Of a DNA stretch of 64,000 nt, positions 48,837 through 63,289 are shown in pieces. Below the pieces are notes generated by a model. That model worked only from the letters and a program-made list of their open reading frames with translations. It searched no databases and was not told where the DNA came from. The stretch is from Vermamoeba vermiformis (Eukaryota). Position 1 is the first letter of the stretch, and every line of letters begins with the position of its first letter. Position numbers and translations under genes: made by a program. The DNA is taken from NCBI GenBank assembly GCA_045837725.1, contig JBEWZL010000056.1, positions 62,001 to 126,000 of the forward strand. Reading direction: 5' to 3'.

Positions 48837-50290
48837 TGCTGTGATAAGTTATTGCACGAGAATTTTTCCGTTGCACCTTTTGTGGCTTTCAGTTGAGAAA
48901 GGTTTAATCAAAATGTCACGCGATTTGCACTGCGTTTTATGTGCTAGCACACTTTCCTTTTTAGGACGTGAACGGCACTGCCTTGCGATTTTCGCCGTGC
49001 AAAGATCTGACACACATAGGAACAAAATTGATGGCTTGATCAAATCTTGCTTTGCAGTAGCGACTCTAAATGATTGTTGGATCCGTACTCCTAAATAGAC
49101 AATTTTGTAAATAAATTTCGAATTTTATATTTGTAGCGAAATTAAAGTACTACAAAATTAACGCTCTTCGTCGCTACGATCATATTATCCGTCAGTAAGT
49201 CAAGTTAAAAACTTTCTTATTCAAAGAACGCCTCCCATCGCAGGTTGACAAAATTACAGCAATTACTTTTTCAAAATTCAGTGAAAAAAATATCCGTGAC
49301 ACGTGTCGGGAGTGAAGAGGGCCCGATATCACTATTTTTCATTAAAAATCAGACGAGACGTCATAGAACCGAGGAAAAAAAAGGAATGTTTAACGAAATG
49401 ACAAGGACAGGTTGTCCTTATCAAGCTAATGACGGACATAAAGTTTACGTGGTATTTTTAGAAAAAAAATGCCCGTCGCAAAGTGAGGGACCCAGCGAGA
49501 GATACCGTGACCAGATCTGATTACAAAAGTCCTACACTGAGGACAAAAAAAGAATCATTGTTGTAAACTCCCTATATTTGCTTCATAAGGTAATAATTTT
49601 TGATTTCAAATTTCAGATAATTCGTTTGGCAAATCGAGATTATTTATAAATAAAAAAATCTTCTAAGCCGCAGCAAGATCCGCATAATAAAAATAATTAA
49701 ATGGAAAATCTATCTACTTAGTGTTCATCGGTTCACAGAAAATGATCGTAATGCGATTGATTATCAAAAATATTCGTGAAATGTTGAAGCGGATGTGTGC
49801 GCTGCGCTTACCTTTGCTTGAGTAAATGAGCAATATTCATGAAGGGTAATTAAATCGTGTATTCTACATGATGAGGTGGTTGCGGGTAATATTTGAGTAT
49901 TTCAGACCTATTAATAATGTCAACAATTCTTGAACCCTACAGAATCGAAACTAATTAACGCCATAATTACCGAATAAATATACCAATAATTAATTCTTAG
50001 TTGCTAGCAAATAATATTATAACAATATTTACCTTGAGCAGATTCAAAACAAAAAGGAGCGGTCTGCTGATCCAATAATCCTTACATTGATTATAATAAT
50101 CGAAATTTCAAATATATGTTGCGGTAATATCATTTGCAATAGTGCATGCTAAATGGTGTAGTCTTCGACGACAGTGCGAAAATGAATCATCAACATGTGC
50201 ACCGTGGCAACTACTATTTACTAATTTACACAAAATAGGCTATTTACATAGTAACTAACAAGCAGGCTGGTTTTTCCAAATCTTTACGCG

Positions 50291-51215
50291 CTACAGAGGC
50301 GAATCCAGCGCTTGGACGATCGAGAAGTTGTCCCAAGCACAATCGTTGAGATACGCAGTACAAGTACCAACCGTCCATTTAGAGGCTAACTCCGGCTTAA
50401 AATCTTCCCTCACACCGGAGTTTGTTGTCGCGTCATGAACGAGATGCGCTTTTGAAATTTCAACTCCGGAGAGATCTGATGACGTATTGATGACCTCATC
50501 GCTGTTCGAGTATATTGTATGTTGTTGATCATTGTTTTCGATAGGGTTCAATGCTTCAATCTCAGCTGATTCATGTGCGTAGGTGCTCGTTGTGGATGTG
50601 GATGTATCATCAAATTGCCAAGGATTGCTTCGATTCTGCACGTATACTGTAGATCTCAATTCCTCCGGCTCAGGTTGCTCGTGCGTAACGACGCAGGATT
50701 GAGGTACTGAGTAATCTGATTCCAGCGGGTGACCCGATCGTTGGCTTCGTTTGGTTTTTTTGAGCCACGCAGTGACTTTTGCTTCTACTGAGTCCCAACC
50801 ATGCACTCTAGGCGACAAGTTCATAAACTGGCTCATCTTAGTTTGACTAGAATAGAAAAGTTAGACTTTGTTCGCAATCCGCGGAAATTCGGTTAAGTTT
50901 TGAATGAGATTGAAGGAAATCGACCTTGATCTTGATTAATATTACTTATAGACATTACCTTAAGCCGCATTCCTTAGCAACTTGCTTTTGTGTCTTCGTT
51001 CCAGCGAGAATAATCCGCTTGACCTGATTAACCAACTCTTGGTTCGGAGCATACTTCAATTGTGGCGCGGCTAAAGTCATCATAGGTACGAGTCCTATAA
51101 CCATCATATCTGAAGTAGGTACTGTTTTGGCTCGCTTGCAAAGTTGCGAAACGGCGGATTCGTATTCAAAAACGAGATTAGCTTTTCTCTTGCTTCCAGC
51201 CATGCTGTTCTTCAT
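50291..51215 (-). CDS. Putative transcription regulator with Cro/C1(XRE)-like HTH, paralog 2
   Basis: Spliced TQKQVAKECGLSQTKMSQFMNLSPRVHGWDSVEAKVTAW; same intron position as paralog 1. Confidence 0.65.
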
Positions 51216-52452
51216 CTTGCGTGGTATTCAATCTAGATTGTTTGTTGGGAATGCCTTATTTTCCCGACGATCGTTTTAAATCGAGGCAATTTACAAATTA
51301 GGAAAAGGAAAGGTCCATGCATCGCGCTACTTCCTGCCCAAGAATTCATTAGTGCGTATTCATTCTATGATTAGTATATTCAATATTAATACGTTACGTA
51401 CAAATAAAAAATATATTCATATTTTAAAAATTACCAGGATCTTTAGGAGATTAAAATAGACCGCAGGAAAAAATTGAATCAAATTTGAAATAGGCATATC
51501 AAAACATTAATATAGACTAATCGGACTAACATTACGGTGCATAGGTAACTTATCACGCTGGTTAAAGCGATCGCTTATCATCTCATATTCATGGAACGGC
51601 AAACGTTAAGAACACAAGTTCATGAACAAATTGCCTTATTAAGGGATGAAAGAATATCGTAATTGAAGACAGCGGCCGAAAACATCCGAAATGAGAAAAT
51701 TTTAGGTAGCGTTCTCAAATGGAGATTAAGATTGATGTAACTATACTCCGTGATCGGTATAAACGATCTAGAATATAAGAATAGCGAGATTTATACATAC
51801 CTGTGATGCAGATAATTGCTTTTCCTCCTTAGCAAAGCGGATCTGAGATAAGAAAGCAAAGTTAGTCGGATTTGGAACAAAAGGGATTGGTATTCATAAG
51901 GCATAATAGAGATAGTTCTCAATCGTCATCTTTGGTAATTTAATTAATCGAATATTTTAAAAGTTAGTTCTGGCCCTAAACAGGCTAAGGTTAATTTTGG
52001 AGATCGGGAAGCTTTCAGATAAACCAACAAGGATGGCCCAGTTTAGGTTATAATTTTTTTGCGTTCGATATAACGGTAATATGAAGAGCAAAGATACTGC
52101 TCGAAAGTAATTCGTTATCAGGTAGCGCAGATTTAATTAATCCGAAACAGCGCCATTAAATTAAAATACGAATAGCAATTGCATATTATTATTAAATCAT
52201 ATGGTTAGTATTATTGGTATTAATACTAATAAAAATTACCTGCAACAACACGATACTTCAAATCTATTGAAACTCATTTTCACGAGCTGTGTAGACGTTT
52301 CAAGTAATATACACTGGCTAATTTACAATAACGTTTCATAAAAATAACAAAAGCAGTGGTTATGTGTTCTTCTGAATTGAATCAAAGCAAATAACTTTTT
52401 AGATTTGTCATTTTATATCACCTCGTACACGCAACAACAAGACTGATATGTG

Positions 52453-54717
52453 ATGCAACATTATATCAATAAAAATTGGCGATGGCCATTGCACCCTAAC
52501 GCAGGGCAGCCAACAGAGCAGGTACAGCGAGTTTTTTTTAAATTTAATTTCTTACACCCCTTGATCTTCAATTATTAATAATTATACGGCTATGAAGAAA
52601 TTACAGAATATAATTAAATTACATTGACAACGTATTAACTAGATTTTTTTCTGCAGGTCTCTCAATTTTTGGGATTGCCCAGCGAGATAATCGAAATCGT
52701 ATTGCAAGAAAGCAATTTATTCGATGTTATAATGCTTCGAACAGTGTGCAAGTCACTTTACAACTTGATTGCGGATGCACATCTGTTTCCAAAACACTTC
52801 GTTCTCGATCAACAGAAATGCTTGGAATACTACGTCACTCTTGGAAATATATCAGCATTAGAGTACTTGCACGCAATGAATTTTTTCTTTACGCCTTCAT
52901 TATGCGTTAGAGCAGCGGAATCTGGTCGATTGGATGTGATCAAGTACCTACGCGACAACGGATGCCACTTAGATTATGGAACGCATTATGCATTAACGAC
53001 CTCCGGACATTTAGATGTATTAGAATACATTCTTGAAGGTCAAACCGAAGACAACCTTAAAGAAGCCTATGGACCGATGTGTGTGCAGTATTTATTCTCC
53101 GCTAGTGCATCCGCTGGTCATTTGCACATTGTAAAATATTTGCACGAGAAAGGATTTGGATGGGAAACCAATACAATATATGAGGCCTGTCAAAACGACC
53201 ACTTTGAAGTGTTCAAATACGCGATCGAGAACGGATGTCCTTACGAACCAATTCATCCCCCAATCGGCCATATCAAATTCATGAAATATCTTGAAGAACG
53301 GGAAATTCCCTGGAAATACCGCGCATGCAAAGACGCGGCCAGCAAAGGAAATTTAGACGCGTTGAAATATGCTCACGAACACGGATGTGTCTGGCAAGAT
53401 GCGGTCAATAATAATATGGCTGCTGCACACGGCCACTTAGAGTGCTTAAAATATGCAGTAGAGCATGGCGCCCCTGTTGGAGACATTCACAGCGTCAAAT
53501 CAATTGAAATTTTGGAATACTTGATCCAACACACCACCGCGAACTTGACAGATTGGATCTACACTTCAGCGCTGTCAAAAAATACAGATAGAAATATTAT
53601 TTACTATATGTTAAAGCATACGACCGTTGCACCACCACCACACTTTGCAGTTCAAATTGCACAGACGGGCGATCTAGAACTTTTCAAGTTCGCCATTGAA
53701 AACAAATTTAATGCAGCACCAATACATGACGAGTTCGAATTCGCATCGGATATTTATATGGCAATTGTTAGTAGTGATTACACAAGTGGATCGTTGGACT
53801 GCTTGAAATATGCAGTCGAGAAAAAATTAGGGCGGTTCTATGATGACTGGCTTGTTTACTTCCGTCATATGTTGGTTTCTAATATTCCCCAAAAAATCGA
53901 TATGATTAAATGGTGGTTGGAGAATTTACCGTACAAATTCAGAAATCAAGATCTGATCAACGTCGTGAAAGGCGAGTCGATTGAAATACTCGAATTATTG
54001 ATTGAAAAAGGCATCAAATTTAACGAAGAGCACTTGAATATTGCTTCGGAATTAGATAGTCCTCTAGTTCTGGCATATATGCTCAAGCAAGGTCATTGTA
54101 AGTAACGCCTTAAGCGATCTAATTTTTAAACGCTCTTAATAATTTCGTTTTGAAGATAAAAATTGGAAAATTGGTTACTATGCCTCCCAGCTCTCGTGTA
54201 TCAAATATGCGCATGAACATGGATGTAAGTTTTAACGAAAGACAGATCTTCGTTTCCCTTGCTTTTCTTCGAAGAAAAAAATTTAATTTTCCCTTGTGAC
54301 GAGTTTAAACTAACGATTACTACTGTAGATGAATGGTCTCTCGATTGCCTCATTAATTTATCCTTTGGCGATAGTGTCGAAGTACTGCAATACTTGCTCG
54401 AACAAAGAATAGTCGAAAGAGGTACAGCGCTGAAAATGAGTGCAAAAAAGCACGCTAATCAATGGAAACGATATCTTACAGAGCTTAAAGGTATGTTTAA
54501 TATTGTTATTACGGCCAAAAACTTTGGATCCGAAGTGTAGCAGTGACCTAAAATTATTTCGTTTAAAGAATAACAATAATTATTGCATTATTGTATTAAT
54601 TTATTTACTTATGGGCGAGAACTAATCGCCGTTATCTATTCAGATCTGCCGGCAAACAAGAAGAAAAAGAAATCGTCGGCCAAAATCAAAGAGGCGTTTT
54701 CCAAGTTATGGAAGTAA
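52453..54717 (+). CDS. F-box plus ankyrin-repeat protein
   Basis: LPSEIIEIVLQ...LRTVCK, then repeats such as AAESGRLDVIKYLRDNGC and AASKGNLDALKYAHEHGC. Terminal exons are approximate. Confidence 0.8.
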
Positions 54718-54942
54718 CTGTACTTGTAGTAATAAATAATGTCAATACCGGAAATATTTCGTTTTTTGGGTTCCATGCCATTAGGAAAAAAATCAGAAGC
54801 ATGAGACTGGCTGTGAATTGTAAACAATATTATTTAACTTGTCAATGGACCGTTTTTGCTATTTCGTTCCAAAACGTGAACATAAAGAACGATAATATGA
54901 TGAAAAAGGCATATTAATCATAGTACGAGAAGATTGGAGAAA

Positions 54943-57900
54943 ATGGATCTACCACAAGACGTTCTGTTTAGCATTTTCGGTTGGCTTGATCCAACTGATT
55001 TTGGTAATTTATTACTTCTTAAGCAATAATTTTCGTCCTGTATTAATTTTGTAATGCTACGAAGGCGGTTATAGCCTAATATCAAAATCGTGGCTTCAGA
55101 TGAGCCAAGAAAATGAATTATGGAAGCATCTGTGCTTTAAAAAATGGAGGAAAAATCCGAATAACTCTCAAATATCAAACAACGCACTAATACCGGTTGT
55201 AAAAGGTAAAAGAAGGTCTTTTAATAATTTTAAAATTTGACGTCTCTGATCCAAACATTTTATTTGAATTAGGATCCTCTGTAATCGACTGGAAGAAAGC
55301 GTATAATCTTAGGTACATATTTTTATCAATTTGAGCGCTAGATGATTAATTTACGTAATTTAATTGACCGATATCAGAACGCTCGCGGATGCGGCCCTAG
55401 AGAACATAAATACAATTGCTAAGAATACTGGATCGTTACGCTTAATAGGACACGAATATTTTGACGAAGGTTGGATCACTTTTGACCAATTTAAGATACT
55501 CTTCAACAGAATTCTATTGCTTCGAACAGTTCCACATCCACTGCAGTACCCCAAAATTTGTTCGTTTCTTATGGAATATGAATTACTTATGCTATTACAA
55601 CTTGACAGCACGTTATTTAGCGAGATTTCATTTGTTAGCCAATTTTTGGGAATCATCAGTTACACTACGGACACCCCCGGCGTAGCAGCCTTAATGTTCG
55701 TTCTATACATAAGTACAACGATTAATATGTACTAAATACTATATTAGGGTCGCAAAAAATGCAATTGAACTTCGGCAAGTGACTTTGAAAAGAAAGATCC
55801 CGATAGATGTGATTGGACCACAGATAAATTTGCGCGGGAAATTTATTTACCGCGCTTATAAATACATTGATAAGAGACATCAGAAGCCTTTAATTGATTT
55901 CCTAACAACGACAATATTACTCGTAGACGACTGGTCAAAATCAGAAGAATTCGTAAGCAATAATTTGGACCAATTACTATTGAACTAAAATTTCCTTTTT
56001 TAGACATTATTTATTGCCGAGGACAATACGAACGAAAACAATCCTATTTCGAACTTATTTTTCACGTTAGAAAAATTTGCTTGGTTGATGAGTAAGTTGG
56101 TCATCGCTTCATTCATTCCAATAATATTCCCTTATTTAGCAATAGAAGAATTCATGAACCTGTTTCATAGAATCGGCGGCCTGTCTCTTACAACGAAAAT
56201 TTATATGACAGCCGCCACTGCAGTGATAAATCATATGGAGATCTGGAAGGAAATTACCATCAAAAACTTCTTCGAAACGTAAGTTGAATATAAATCGTGT
56301 GAAATGGCGATATTTAATATTACTATACTTGGTTAGGTATTATCCGTGGCTATTTGGCAATCCAAGAAATGACATCGAACTTTTGATACCAACATTTGAC
56401 ACGTTAACCACTGTTTTCGCTGAACTCAAAAAGACATTCAATATCGAAGAACTGAAAGATCCGAATATAGAACCAAACTTTAAAGCTGCGGTGCTGGAGG
56501 GCGTTAAATTTTTGCAAAGTTTTCTGATCCCGATTTTGTCTGCGCTTGACATCAACCACACGCGGTAACCGACAACTTATAATTATTAATCCTAACACTA
56601 TCTAATCGATATTATTATATTAGGCTTTGTCTTAGCGTTACAAAATTTATGACGGAATTTTGCCGTATGTTTGACGAACCATGGTTCGAGCCCATGTTGA
56701 CACCACTTTTGGACAAATTATACACAGTTCTCACGAACACAAATCTTGCATTACGAGTTAGAGCGATGGAGACAATAGGCTTGATATTAGCAATCTGTCC
56801 GGGATCGTTTTCTAAGGTACGAAAATTCCGTCAAACATGCCACCAAAAAAAAATTTCCCGACAATTTTTGACTTTTTTTTTAGCACCAAGAACGCGTGGT
56901 CACTGAATTGAACAATATTTTAACAAACGGAGATTTAAATGAACGAGAAAAAGTTGTCGAAATAGTATGTCAATTGTGCGCAAAGATCGGCGACGAAATG
57001 AAGGTCCAATTCAACCCAATTTATGATAGCCTTATTACAATGTTCAAGAACGATAAATCTGCACATGAACATCAAATCTTGATGCTGTCACAGTGGGCTA
57101 TTATTGCGTTAAAGAACAACTTCAACGAAAACCTGGCATTGGTATTCCCGGTCATTTACAAGTACCGTGCAATTGAAATTTTCACTACAGAGCTCGGATT
57201 CTATAGTAGTGAATATGGATATGAGGCAAGGCCTAGCATAATTCAAACAAGGCTTTATTGACACTTTTTTTAACAGCCCAAAAAACAGTTACTGAACGAA
57301 AAATTGTTAACTAAACGTAGTGCCACTCTCGAATGTGCTGCAGGTCTTATACAGCACATGGACCGAGAGTTGTTAGTACCTTACTACGAACAGATTGGCG
57401 ATATCATTGCTGCAAATATTGACCGTAACGGGGCAAGGGGCAAGTTAAATTGAAGGTAATTTAGTAAAAGTATAGTTCCTTATGAAATTTTATTTTTAGT
57501 GCTGTTACCTAAAGCCTGTCAATATTTGGAGAATTATGTGAAGAAATTTTTCACTCTCGAATCGACACAAACACCAGTATGGACAGCGAACGTCTTTCGC
57601 TTCATCGAAGACCGATTAGTTCCTTATGCCGGATTAATGCACAAACTCGCCAATTTATCTGATCGAGAAAACATGCTGCAGAAGTTTCATGATGTAAGTT
57701 GCCCATAATTTCAAATTTAGATTCTATCAAAAGTCTGTGAAATTGTGGAGAACATTTTATTTTGACAGGACTGTGTCACTTGTCCCTAATTGTCATATTT
57801 AGATTATGAAATATTTATGCACAGTGAATCCATTGATACATCCACTACACAATGACAATCACATGACACTATCACTTGATGTAATAATATCATCGCTGAT

Positions 57901-58798
57901 GAAAGTGCATCTGGAACAATTGATGTACCATTCCCACGTACGTACTTCCACAGCAAACTCCGAGAGACGATAATAATTATTGTTATTTGCAGGTTTGGGA
58001 ACTCTTCCAGCTTGTGCTCGACCATACATTGAATGCTGAAGCTTTTTTCAATATCTTTTGGCAGCCAGTCCTAGCGCCACAAATAATAGTGGCATACCAA
58101 TCTTCAGGCACTGTACATCCACTAAGTCTTTGGATTATCAATGAAGTACTTTTGCGGTGCGGATCAAGCTTCACCTTTACAGATCCGACTTCGGTGAGGA
58201 GCAAGGTTTAATTTAGTGTAATCCCTATTGCTAATGATTTCTATAGAGTAGCATTCTCAGTATGGTTTTGCATTGCCGAGACATAGATAATGGTGTTATG
58301 AGAAATGTAATAATAATGTGGGCTGTTGCCAATCATTTGAGTAAGCACTCGTCTAAACACGCCGACCAACTAACTTTTTTCCTCCGAAGCAATTCTGGGA
58401 ACAAAATATCCGCAGTTACTACCAACCAATTTGGACAGTAAGTGGCAATAATAATACTTATTATTATCCATATCATTTACTTATAATGGTTTTAGCATTG
58501 CTGCGTCGGCTCGAAAACTATATGCAGCTACTGCCAAGAGAAGATTGCCAGACCACATTAGGTACCTAGTAAGCCTCATAGCTAATCACAAATATTAATA
58601 TTTCGTTATAATATAGAGGCCTATTTGTCATTGCTCTACAGACAACGGCAACTGGTTCAAGGCAAAAATTTAAATGACGATATTTCGGAGCTGATTGATC
58701 GCGCAACACAAGAAGTAATATTGAAATTGCCCGATAGCGGTATTATTGATATTAATAGTATTAGTGCCGATTTTGAAAAAATCCTTAATCAGCTTTAA
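54943..58798 (+). CDS. F-box protein with long helical (ARM/HEAT-like) region, many introns; true start may lie upstream
   Basis: MDLPQDVLFSIFGWLD...ISKSW...NELWKHLC; LRVRAMETIGLI and EREKVVEIVCQL helices. Confidence 0.6.
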
Positions 58799-59333
58799 AC
58801 ATAAAAATAAAAAAATGGGTGCCTAACCCTCGTACTTTACCGAAATTATATCTCCTGTTGCGTGTAAATTCGGTGCAGCTCGGCTAAAGACGTCAATCAC
58901 TTTTATACTCGAGCATATCTGAGGAATTACTCTGCCTAAATTGCTCGAGATTTGGAAGGAAAACTCCACGAATCAGGCCAAGATATCAATGAGCTAAATA
59001 TGAAACAGTGATGCCTTTTATGCTCGCTAAGACTTACAGTACAATGCTGAAATTAAATTGCGAAATCGGATCTGGATTCGGTTTCTGGCAATATTAGTAT
59101 GAGAGTAATAATCGGGTATTTTTGTCGGTCGTTGAATTAAATTCAATTAAACTAATCGAAATAACGGATTTTTTAAGTAAATTTCGGTAAAATTAATCAT
59201 AAAAATTAGTTTTCTCTACGAAATCTGCTTTGGTAGTCCGCGAGCTAGACCAAAGTGCCAACTTTATAAGCGAACAAGTTTGGTCCCACTTTTATTCAAC
59301 TCACAAACCAGAAACAACTCACCTAAAGTCAAG

Positions 59334-60422
59334 ATGAGACTCGTCACTTTAACTGTTTTAGCTTTCGTCGCTACCTGCTTAGCACAAACCAACTCGTGGT
59401 TCTACATTGAGAACTACGACTCTACTGGTTGCACAGGAAACCTTCTCGTTCAAGGTTATCTCGCTGACGGCACGTGCCATCCGAATCCACCTGGCAGCTT
59501 CAAAGCAACTTGCACTGGCGGCACTCCTACGTTCCAAACTTGCACCGATACCGCCTGCCAAACTTGCACAGACGGCACTCCTTCTACCGTTTGCACACCA
59601 AGTAAGCTCAAATTCGCTGAAAATCAGATCAAGCAGATCTAACGAAAATTTTTTCGCTTTAGTCAACGGAATCTTCCAAAAAGCTGCTTGTTCTGATGGT
59701 ACTTACCCCAATGGTAATGGCTATATCTTGAAGAAGGACTTTACTAGCACTAGCACTTGCACCGATTCTGCATTTAGAGTAAGTACCGGATGCCGACTTT
59801 AATACGATTTAATTAGACTTTCCGACGCTATTTAAATCGAAATTGAATCAAATTTTGCAACGTGGGCAGTTTTCGGTCTGCAATATTTCCTAAATTGAAG
59901 TACTTAAATGGTTATTAAATTGCAATTCTGTAATTTCGGTGCACATCCGTCAAACAAGTGATTAATCGGCATATTTACGCTTAGCTTACCTACTTGCCTC
60001 TTGGTTGCACTACTACTGCTTCTTTCGGTGCCGCATCTGCTAACTACCAATGCAAAAACGGCGCTGCTTATGGAGAACAATGCACTGACGCTACTTGCGG
60101 TAGCTGCACTTCGCTTGGCTTCAGTGCTACATGCACCACTAACACTGATAGCGATATCAAGTCTACTCACACTTGCACATCCGCTGGCTCGAACAACAAC
60201 TCGACCACTCCTACATCCACCACTCCTACTACCATAAACACTCCTACTACGACCACTACTCCCACAACAACTACTACTCCTACTACCAAGGCCCCTACTA
60301 CTACCACTACGCCTGCTACTAAAGCTCCTACCACCAACAATAACAACACTCCCAACAGCGCCACTACCACTAAGGTCGTCGCTGCTGGATTTGTTCTAGG
60401 AGCAATTATTTTGGCTTTGTAG
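59334..60422 (+). CDS. Secreted Cys-rich protein with Thr/Pro mucin-like stalk and probable GPI anchor
   Basis: Signal MRLVTLTVLAFVATCLA, two CTDxxCxxC modules, PTTTTT repeats, hydrophobic C-terminus. Confidence 0.8.
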
Positions 60423-60482
60423 ACCAATGTTATGAAATAGTAGTAAATATATAAGTATATTTAAACGTTACCGTGCTGCGGT

Positions 60483-62089
60483 TTATTTCTTTTGCAACGA
60501 GATCTGGTTGAACACGTGGATCGTGTCGGCATAAGGATGAGGCATGCCTGTATCGTGTCTCTTGCCTTGAATGCGCAATCCAATCATACCCTCGTCTTTC
60601 ATCAACTGACCCATAGCATCACGTAATTGAAGCTCACCTAAGATGAAACATGAGCCAAAAAGTACGTGGATCAACTACCGAAAACTAACGGATCTTAACG
60701 CGTAATTTAGTAGAATTATCGTACCTTTCGTTCTAATATTGTTATCGTAATTGTGTTGCAAGATATCGAACACTTTAGGAGTCAACAAGTCAATGCCAAA
60801 GTAGCACAAGTACTCGTTGTCAGGCAATCCTATCCGCATTAGCGCAACCATTAGTTTACGTTCTATAGACTTATCAATCCTATCAAATGAACCTACCAGG
60901 CACTCGCAAGTGTTCTCTAGCGTATTCAACGGAGGGCTTTTCGACAGTGTTAGTCAAATTCAAGACGGACTCGCCCTGTCACGCGAACGAAAAGAATTAG
61001 TACACGGACCTGCCTGATTGGCATATTGAGCTTAATTACCTCTATCTTGTCTCCAATAACAATACCATTAACGCTCAACTCGCTCTCAGGGCATGTTTCA
61101 AGAGTTGTAGCGCTCTTGCCGTGTTTGTTGTACACGTCAACTAACGTTTGTGCACATGTCTGATTAGTGTAGCTATAATATATACAACATTAGTAACGGT
61201 ATATAGTCGACACCTACTATCACATTTCATAATAATATAGGATTCTATATTGTAGTATAAGAACTGTAGTGGTAGAAAATGTACCTAACGTAAACATGAT
61301 CGCCCAACAAAACTAAGAAAGGCTCGTTGCCAACGACGCTTTTAGCGCACAAAACAGCATGCCCAAATCCCTATTATCATATTATTAGTAACTACTTTAG
61401 TTGTAAACCCTATGTAACAAAAAGTTTTCGATCGGATCGTACCTCTTGTTTCTCTTGCAAAGCAAATTTTAATCTCTTGCCAATATATTGTAATCGTTCA
61501 GCTTGTGCTTTAAGCTCTGGCTTTTGCAAATAAACAGCATTGCTGGGTGTGTTAAAGAAGGCCTCGATCGGTTCTGAAAATCTATAGTTAGTACCGCTCT
61601 TCGACAATATAATAGATATATTTATATTATTATATACTTACCTTGTTGACCATGTTGCACGACAATACAAATCTCAGCGTCGTCACCAAGAGCGCTCAAC
61701 GCCTCTTCAATAATGACTTGAATGACAGGCTTGCAGAAGCCATCCTGGGACATGTAATATTAGCATATTAATATTGAAATATTAATGATAGTGGCGTTTT
61801 TGACCTTAATGAGAGTTACTACAGCGAAACAAAAATAAATTGCAAAATGAAAATTAAATATTACATACATAATCCACAACCGATTCTAATATTGATTTGA
61901 CACCATAAATACGCGATATTAATCGAATGACTATTTGTACACACAATTTGAGATTAAAATGAACGAAAAACTTACCTTGTCAACGATCGGAAACAAAGCC
62001 TTGGGCATAGCCTTGCTGGCAGGGAACATACGTGTACCCCAGCCAGCAATAGGAATAACGGCCTTGCGAATCTTTTGGTGAGTAGCCAT
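60483..62089 (-). CDS. galU: UTP--glucose-1-phosphate uridylyltransferase, bacterial GalU type, with introns
   Basis: [50 protein letters not shown]...[29 protein letters not shown]. Confidence 0.85.
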
Positions 62090-63289
62090 TTGTGTTTAAC
62101 GATTGATGCGCTAATAAAAAATCGTCCAGATCACGTACCCAGCAATAGTACTAAAAAAAGATTCTGGAGGAAAATAATGGTCTCCCAGGAAGTAATTTAA
62201 TTATAAATCGTATAGAAAATCGAGTTAAATAAAAATAACACGAGCCGGAGTTGTTGAAATGAAACTTTCGTCAGATTGGTACGTGAATCAATTTAATGTG
62301 CAATAATGGGACTATGCTCGTGTCCCGTGTACTTGGTCGATAATAGAAAGGTTTGAGCTGTGTTATGTAATTCAATTGCGTATGCGAATAAAATTTATTG
62401 AGCGAAAGTTACTATTTTTGGATTCTTCAGCCCTGATAACGGCGTGCAAGCAAATTGTACAGTATACTATTATTTTATTCACGAGGCCTCAAGTCCTTTG
62501 TAATATATTATTTTTCTAGTTGGACGAAGGTAAATTTCAACAACAGATACGGCAAACTTGATGGACCGTTGCTCGTGTGGATGTAAAGTTCTAGAAGTCA
62601 AAAACATTTAATATGGATTGTATAATACAGCAAAATATATTGAATGCACGAACCGCGAATCAGCTAGCAAATAGTCAAAAAAGAATCATGAAAATTAAAT
62701 CTAGATCTTACGAAGCGCTTTAAATATTTACAGACCAACGAGCAACGGTTGTCAAGCTACCAATAATAATTGATAATTATAACAAGTTATTATTCAAATT
62801 GAAAAGCGGAATCATTTGAAATCTGGCACTACAAGCGTTTTTTTATTATACGTTACTGCTGCGTATAATACAATAATATAAGATATAATTTGGAAACTAT
62901 AATATTGATTTAAACCCGCTTTGTAATTACAAGATTTTTTTCTCATCGAGCGAATTTTTTGATCGTTTCAAAAATAGGGCAGCGTGACGGACAAATACAA
63001 ATCAGATCCTATTGATTTGTATACAGTGGAAGATTGATATAAACAGCAAGAGTAGGTTAATTTGAATTGCTAAAGGAGGTAAATCTGCATAAATATTTTT
63101 CGGGGCCTTCATACAGATTCGCAAACCTTTTATAGTTGCAAATTAGAACGAACGTACTCTACAGTAATTTATTTTCCTATTTTTAATTAAAAGCACGAAA
63201 CCCCAATTCCCCTCGTTGAAATCTGGAGTCTTAGCTGCTTTCGTTTATTTTGCTACAAAATTTTTAATTATGCTTCTATTAGACTCCTA

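Noticed and set aside
51300-52400. Possible RNA gene or element in the long intergenic region
   Set aside because: No tRNA boxes, terminal repeats or ORF that I could support.
60167-60427. Val-rich minus-strand ORF
   Set aside because: Antisense of the Thr/Pro stalk codons.
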